From: an uncultured delta proteobacterium
Lineage (GTDB): Bacteria; Desulfobacterota; Binatia; DP-6
Reading direction: 5' to 3'
NCBI GenBank assembly: GCA_963815115.1
Contig: CAWFFN010000007.1
Coordinates: forward strand, 448,001 to 512,000
DNA length: 64,000 nt
Within the stretch, counting starts at the first letter, position 1; the number at the start of each line of letters is the position of its first letter. Both the position numbers and the translations under genes were made by a program. Under the pieces are notes generated by a model, which was not told the origin of the DNA, did no database searches, and saw nothing but the letters and a program-made list of their open reading frames with translations. Below, piece by piece: positions 58,730-64,000 of the stretch.

Positions 58730-59596
58730 TCACGCCGATGCGACGAAGGCTGCGGCGAGCGTGCCGCGATAGACCAGGGTTGCCCCCCCCGTGAGACGGA
58801 CCCGATAGGCCTCGTCCACCTCGACTCGCAGCACGCCGCCGTCCATCACGACGGTGACGGCTCGGGCCGTGTGGCCCAGGCGAACGCAGGCAGCCGCGAC
58901 CGCGCACGCGCTGCTGCCCGAGGCGAGAGTCTCGCCGGCGCCGCGCTCCCAGACCCGCACGCGAACCCGCCCCCGTCCCTCGATCCGGGCGAGCTGCACG
59001 TTGGTCCGGCGCGGAAAGAGGGGGTGGTGCTCCAGCGCGGGGCCGAGGCGGGCGAGATCGGCGGCGGCGGGGTCGTCGACGAAGACGACGCAGTGCGGGT
59101 TCCCGAGGCCGACCGCGGTGACACGGAGGGTAGCGCCTTCCACCCGGGTCGGCTCGTCCACGACGTCGCGCGGCGAGCCGCTGCACGGGACGTCCTCGCT
59201 GCGAAAGCTCGCCGTGCCCATGGCGACGGTGATGTCGGCGATCCGCCCGTCCTGGCGGCCGATGCGACACTCGACGACACCCCCTGGCGTCTCGATCGTG
59301 AAGCGGTCGCCCCGGACCCGTCCGTCCTCGCTCAGCCAGCGTGCGAAGATGCGCAGCCCGTTGCCGCTCTTCTCCGCCTCGCTGCCGTCGGGGTTGAAGA
59401 TGCGCAGCCCGGCGTCGGCCCGCCCGGACGGCACCAGCGCGAGCACGCCGTCGCCGCCGATGCCGCGATGGCGATCGCACAGGCGGCGCACGACGCCCGG
59501 CGTGAGCGCGAACGACAGAGCGGCCGGCTCGACGACGACGTAGTCGTTGCCCAGCGCGTGTCCCTTGACGAACGTGTCGGGCACGACCGGAGCCAT
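58730..59596 (-). CDS. dapF: diaminopimelate epimerase homologue (Ser/Ser active-site variant)
   Basis: KGHALGNDY, CDRHRGIGGDG, NPDGSEAEKSGNG, GNPHCV, RVWERGAGETLASGSS. Confidence 0.85.
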   Translation of the reverse strand: MAPVVPDTFVKGHALGNDYVVVEPAALSFALTPGVVRRLCDRHRGIGGDGVLALVPSGRADAGLRIFNPDGSEAEKSGNGLRIFARWLSEDGRVRGDRFTIETPGGVVECRIGRQDGRIADITVAMGTASFRSEDVPCSGSPRDVVDEPTRVEGATLRVTAVGLGNPHCVVFVDDPAAADLARLGPALEHHPLFPRRTNVQLARIEGRGRVRVRVWERGAGETLASGSSACAVAAACVRLGHTARAVTVVMDGGVLRVEVDEAYRVRLTGGATLVYRGTLAAAFVASA

Positions 59597-59653
59597 GCCG
59601 GAGCGCTGCGAGTTTCTCAACCGTCGGCGATCTGGTATTGCGCCACGTCTCGA

Positions 59654-60961
59654 ATGAGTACCGCCGACGATCTCCGGGACGTGCGCCCGGGACGCCAGCG
59701 CGTCTCGATGCTGCTTGCGGTGCTCGTGACGCTCCCCGGTCTCGCGCTGCGTCTCGGTGAATTCGGCCTGTCGCATCCCGCCGAGGCGCTGGTCTACGGG
59801 CTCGCCATCGTGGGCGCGGCGTTCATGCTGTCGTGGGGCGCGGAGGTGGCCCAGCTCGACGTCTCCGCCGGGCTCGCGATCGCGCTCCTCGCCTTCGTCG
59901 CGGTGCTGCCCGAGTACGCGGTCGACCTGGTGTTCGCCTTCAAGGCCGGCGGCGCGGTCGCGGCGTACGGGTCGGCCTGCCGGCCGCCCGGCGCGCCGGA
60001 GGAAAGTCCGTGCTCGCTGGCGCTCGCTAACATGACCGGCGCCAACCGCCTGCTCATCGGCATCGGCTGGTCCATGGTGGTCTTCGTCGCCTGGTACCGC
60101 GCGCGCCGGACGGGCGCCCGACTGACCGAGGTGGTGCTCGATCGGAGCCACGCGGTGGAGCTCGCCTTCCTCGCGATGGCGACGCTGTACTCGCTGACGC
60201 TCCCCCTGAAGCAGAGCGTGACGCTGCTGGATGCGGCCATCCTCGGGGGCATCTTCATCGCCTACACGGTCCGCATCGCCTCGGCGCCCGCGGAAGAGCC
60301 GCACCTCGTCGGCCCGGCGCGCTACCTCGGCACGCTCGGCGCCGGTGCGCGGCGTACCGCCGTGGCCGCGCTCTTCGTCTACGCCGCGATCCTCATCCTG
60401 CTGGTCGCCGAGCGCTTCGCCGATGCGCTGGTGGGGACCGGCCGCGAGTTCCAGATCAGCGAGTTCCTCCTCGTCCAGTGGCTCGCGCCGCTCGCCTCGG
60501 AAGCACCGGAGCTGCTGGTGGCCGGGCTCTACGCCTGGCGCCTCAACACCAACGCCGGCCTCGGCACGCTCGTATCCTCGAAGGTGAACCAGTGGACGCT
60601 GCTGGTCGGCTCGCTGCCGATCGTGTTCGCCATCGCCTCGGGGAGCCTCTCGGGTCTGCCCGTCGAGCCACGCCAGCGCGAGGAGCTGCTGCTGACGGCG
60701 TCACAATCGGTGTTCGCGGTCGCGACCCTGGCGTCCCTCTCCCTCTCCTTGCGGGAGGCCAGCCTGCTGCTCGTGCTCTTCTTCGCGCAGTTCGTGATCG
60801 GGGCGCTGGTGCCGACACCATACCACGGGATCGAGCTGATCGCGGTCTCGGTCGTGTACCTGGTGCTCGGGGCGGTGATCCTGGTCCGCAACCGGGGACT
60901 GATTCGGGGTCTGCTGCGTGACGGCCTGCGCACCCCGCACGAGGAGCTGCGAGCAGCGTAG
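59654..60961 (+). CDS. CaCA-family sodium:calcium/proton antiporter
   Basis: AVLPEYAVD, ANMTGANRLL, PLASEAPE, SSKVNQWTLL. Confidence 0.85.
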   Translation: MSTADDLRDVRPGRQRVSMLLAVLVTLPGLALRLGEFGLSHPAEALVYGLAIVGAAFMLSWGAEVAQLDVSAGLAIALLAFVAVLPEYAVDLVFAFKAGGAVAAYGSACRPPGAPEESPCSLALANMTGANRLLIGIGWSMVVFVAWYRARRTGARLTEVVLDRSHAVELAFLAMATLYSLTLPLKQSVTLLDAAILGGIFIAYTVRIASAPAEEPHLVGPARYLGTLGAGARRTAVAALFVYAAILILLVAERFADALVGTGREFQISEFLLVQWLAPLASEAPELLVAGLYAWRLNTNAGLGTLVSSKVNQWTLLVGSLPIVFAIASGSLSGLPVEPRQREELLLTASQSVFAVATLASLSLSLREASLLLVLFFAQFVIGALVPTPYHGIELIAVSVVYLVLGAVILVRNRGLIRGLLRDGLRTPHEELRAA

Positions 60962-60962
60962 C

Positions 60963-61132
60963 GCGACCCGAGACTTCGTCTCGGGTCGAGACGGAGGGCG
61001 AGACTTAGACTCGATGAACAGTGCGTTCGTCGTGCCGCGAGCGGCGAAGCCGGCCGCGGCACGGCGTTCGCCCGATCCACCCAAGGTACACGCTCGCCTC
61101 CGCTTTCGACCCGAGACGAAGTCTCGGGTCGC
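60963..61132. repeat. REPIN/MITE-like element: two inverted palindromic units
   Basis: GCGACCCGAGACTTCGTCTCGGGTCG and its reverse complement at the two ends, between convergent genes. Confidence 0.8.
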
Positions 61133-61138
61133 TCTCTC

Positions 61139-62356
61139 CTAGGCGAGAACGCCCGCCGCGCGGAGTCGCTCGATCTCGTCGGGCGCGAGGCCGCACACGT
61201 CGTGCAGGACCTGGTCGGTATCGGCACCCAGGCACGGCGCGGCGCTCCGGACCCGCGACTCGCTGCGCGACATGCGCCACGGGACTCCGAGGTGCGTCAG
61301 GGCCCCGACCTCGGGATGCTCGTGCGTGACCGGGAAGCCGCGCGCCGCGAGGTGCGGATCCTCGGCGAGGTCCTGGTTCGTGGCCGAGACGAAGGAGGCG
61401 ATACCGGCGTCCTGCAGCGCGGCCACCGCGTCCCCGGGCTCCCTGCTCGCGCTCCACGCGGTGACCAGCTCCTCGAGCTCGTCCTCGTGCCGCTTGCGCG
61501 CGCCGAGGGTGGCGAAGCGCGGATCGCCGGCGAGCGCGGCTCCTCCGACGAGGCGCGCGAAGCGGCGCCACGCGTCGTCGTCGTCGATGGCGATCGCGAT
61601 CCAGCGATCCTCGCCGGCAGCGCGGAACACGCCGTGCGGCGCCATGTGCGGATCGCGGTTGCCGTCGCGCGGCGGCGGGGCGCCGTTCATGGTCTGCTCG
61701 AGGATCGCTTCCGGGAGGACGGCCATCGACGTCTCCCACTGCGACATGTCGATGTACTGACCGCGTCCGGTGCGGGCCCGATGCAGCAGGGCGGCGAGCA
61801 CCGCGACCGCCCCGTGCAGTCCACCCGTCGGGTCGCCGTACGAGATGCCCACGTGCATCGGGGGATGGCCACGGTAGCCGGTCACCGACGACATGCCCGA
61901 GAGCGGCACCTGGGCCGGGCCATAGGACACCTTGTCGTTGTCCGGACCGGTGGCGCCGTACCCCGAGAGCGCGATCATGACGACGTCGGGGCGCAGGCCG
62001 CGTACGACGTCGTACCCCAACCCCATGCGCTCCATCACGCCGGCGGCGAAGTTCTCGACCACGATGTCGCTCGCCGCACACAGCCGCTTGGCGACCTCGA
62101 GGCCTTCGGGCCGCTTCAGATCGAGGGTGATGCTCTTCTTCCCCTGGTTGTACTGGTTGAAGTACCCGCTGCGGTTCGGGCCCGGCTGGAAGCCGGCGAA
62201 CGGCGGGAGCAGGCGCGTGACGCAGATCCGGGTCGCGCTCTCGACGCGGATCACCTCGGCACCGAGGTGCGCGAGCTGGAGCGTGCAGAACGGACCGGCC
62301 CACACCCAGGTGAAGTCCGCGACCCGCAGCCCGTCCAGCGGGGCGCGCCGGCTCAT
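61139..62356 (-). CDS. CaiB/BaiF family III CoA-transferase
   Basis: LDGLRVADFTWVWAGP, NQGKKSITLDL, ENFAAG, SYGDPTGG, GRGQYIDMS. Confidence 0.93.
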   Translation of the reverse strand: MSRRAPLDGLRVADFTWVWAGPFCTLQLAHLGAEVIRVESATRICVTRLLPPFAGFQPGPNRSGYFNQYNQGKKSITLDLKRPEGLEVAKRLCAASDIVVENFAAGVMERMGLGYDVVRGLRPDVVMIALSGYGATGPDNDKVSYGPAQVPLSGMSSVTGYRGHPPMHVGISYGDPTGGLHGAVAVLAALLHRARTGRGQYIDMSQWETSMAVLPEAILEQTMNGAPPPRDGNRDPHMAPHGVFRAAGEDRWIAIAIDDDDAWRRFARLVGGAALAGDPRFATLGARKRHEDELEELVTAWSASREPGDAVAALQDAGIASFVSATNQDLAEDPHLAARGFPVTHEHPEVGALTHLGVPWRMSRSESRVRSAAPCLGADTDQVLHDVCGLAPDEIERLRAAGVLA

Positions 62357-63546
62357 CGCACGACCCCGGCCTGCGCCAGCGCGCCGGCATCGAGCCCGAC
62401 CTCGGCGAGCACCTCGGCGGTGTGCTGTCCGAGGCACGGCGCCGGGCGCCGCAGCGTCCACGGCGTGTCCGAGAAGCGATAAGGGGCGCCGGGCATGGTG
62501 ACGGCGCCCGCGACCGGGTGGTCGAGGGTGACGAAGAACCCGCGCGCGCGAAGGTGGGGGGAGTGCAGCAGATCGCCCATCGTCGAGACGGGCGCGAAGG
62601 GCACGCGGCGGCGCTGCGCGGCGTCGTAGAGCTCCTCCACCGATTGCTCGCGGCACCAGTCCTGGAGGAAGGCCTGCAACGCGTCGAAGTTGGCGCCGCG
62701 CGCGAGCCGGTTCTCGAAGAGCTCCATCTCCGCCCACTCCGGGCTGCCCATCACCTCGACGAACTGCCGCCACTGGTGCTCCTCGACGCAGCAGAGGAAG
62801 ATCCATCCGTCGCGACACTCCATGAAGCACAGGGGCTGGATGGGCTTGGCGCCGAGCCGCGACGCGACCAGTCCGCAGTAGGGCCAGAACTCGAAGGTGA
62901 GCTCCAGGATCGCCGCCAGGGACTCCTGCACCGAGACCTCGACGTGCTCTCCCCGGCCGCTGCTCAGGCGCGCAAACAGCGCCCCGAGCGAGGGAATGGC
63001 CGCGTTCAGGCCTGCCTGGAAGCCGCTCTGCTGGCCGAAGGCGCGCAGCGGCGGCAGCTCGGGGTGCGCGGGGTCGCCGTTGAGCGTCGCCACGCCGCCG
63101 GCGCACCATGAGACCAGATCGGTCGCGCGGTAGTGGGCGTGGGGTCCGGAGAGACCGAACGGCGCGATGGAGGTCATGACGAGGCGGGGATTGACTCCGC
63201 TCAGCCGCTCCCAGTCGAGCCCGTGCGCGGCCATGTCGGTGGGATGCACGTCGTGCAGGAGCAGATCCGCATCCGCCGCCAGGCGGTGCAGCACCTCGGT
63301 CCCTTCGGGACGGCGGAGGTCGAGCACGATGCCGCGCTTGTTGGCGTTGAGATAGAGGAAGAGGCCGCTCGTCTCCGGGTTCGGCACGCCGCCCGGAAAG
63401 GGCCCGCGCCGGCGCGCCGGGTCGCCCTCCGGCGGCTCGATCTTCACCACGTCCGCCCCCAGGTCGGCGAGCAGCTTGGTGCCGTAGGGCGCACCCACGG
63501 GTCCGCCGACCTCGAGCACGCGCAGGCCGTCGAGCGCGCCCGCCAC
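62353..63546 (-). CDS. CaiB/BaiF family III CoA-transferase
   Basis: LDGLRVLE, LADLGADVVKIEPPEGD, NANKRGIVLDL, GRGEHVEVS. Confidence 0.92.
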   Translation of the reverse strand: MAGALDGLRVLEVGGPVGAPYGTKLLADLGADVVKIEPPEGDPARRRGPFPGGVPNPETSGLFLYLNANKRGIVLDLRRPEGTEVLHRLAADADLLLHDVHPTDMAAHGLDWERLSGVNPRLVMTSIAPFGLSGPHAHYRATDLVSWCAGGVATLNGDPAHPELPPLRAFGQQSGFQAGLNAAIPSLGALFARLSSGRGEHVEVSVQESLAAILELTFEFWPYCGLVASRLGAKPIQPLCFMECRDGWIFLCCVEEHQWRQFVEVMGSPEWAEMELFENRLARGANFDALQAFLQDWCREQSVEELYDAAQRRRVPFAPVSTMGDLLHSPHLRARGFFVTLDHPVAGAVTMPGAPYRFSDTPWTLRRPAPCLGQHTAEVLAEVGLDAGALAQAGVVR

Positions 63547-63548
63547 GA

Positions 63549-63797
63549 TCAGCTCCCGACGGCCAGCCGAGCGAGCTCGTCGATCGACGCCGGTTCGTCG
63601 ACGGCGCCGAGGCGAACCATCAGCTCGGTGTGCGAGTGCTCGGCCACGGGCCACTCGCGGGCCACCCGCCAGCCCGCGCCGGTTCGCTCGCACAGGTGCA
63701 CGCGCTGCTGGTCCTCGGTCAGGCCGATCGCCGCACGCTCGCTCGGGGTGGTGGCGAACAGCGCGTAACCGGGCTCCTTCATGGTGACGAAGTACAC
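63549..63797 (-). CDS. small hypothetical protein co-transcribed with the CoA-transferases
   Basis: AGGAG RBS; 82 aa; abuts the downstream gene. Confidence 0.65.
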   Translation of the reverse strand: MYFVTMKEPGYALFATTPSERAAIGLTEDQQRVHLCERTGAGWRVAREWPVAEHSHTELMVRLGAVDEPASIDELARLAVGS

Positions 63798-63843
63798 GCG
63801 GCGGTGCTCCTAGCAGAGCGTCGGTCGCGGAGGCAATCCGGCG

Positions 63844-64000
63844 TCAGCGCTGGGGGCAGACGCCCAGCGTGCCGAAGCGGACCGCGCGCGAGTAGGCGAT
63901 CACGCCGAGGCCCTGGGCGCCGAACTCGCCCAGCGCGGCGAACCCGCCGTCGGTACTCTCGCTGCGCGACCAGTCCCAGCTCGTCCGGAGCAGATGCTCG
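63844..64000 (-). CDS. 3' end of a gene starting outside the window
   Basis: Open frame EHLLRTSWDWS...GVCPQR to stop at 63844. Confidence 0.5.
   Translation of the reverse strand, partial: EHLLRTSWDWSRSESTDGGFAALGEFGAQGLGVIAYSRAVRFGTLGVCPQR

Overview
High-GC chromosomal window. Several secreted Cys-rich, Thr-linker proteins suggest a soil Binatia/Deltaproteobacteria-like organism (inference only). The left flank is core genome (purF, nadB, lytic transglycosylase, pgsA) followed by accessory genes. The main feature is a ~17.5 kb decayed mobile region (about 9340-26910) built around one tRNA-Gly(GCC) present three times: a 5' half with promoter (9609-9649), an intact gene (21146-21219) and a 3' half (26843-26888). 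The two halves overlap only in the 11-bp anticodon-centred core GCTTGCCAAGC. The left element (integrase, xis-like, HNH-like, serine recombinase, TIR-TM, DUF5677-like, IS3) appears to restore the tRNA by supplying a promoter plus the 5' half. An older relative left an integrase stub and promoter at 9340-9608. The right element (terS/terL-like genes, small phage-like genes, IS5, a captured host segment) is of the conventional 3'-restoring type. Most island genes carry single-base frameshifts (decay or long-read error). The right flank encodes two-component systems, a sigma54 regulator with DUF2834 targets, hydrolases, glycogen genes (malQ, glgC-like, GH57, DUF4912), a double-length UvrA, a DapF homologue with both catalytic Cys replaced by Ser, a REPIN-like repeat and two CaiB/BaiF CoA-transferases. 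No CRISPR or rRNA was seen.
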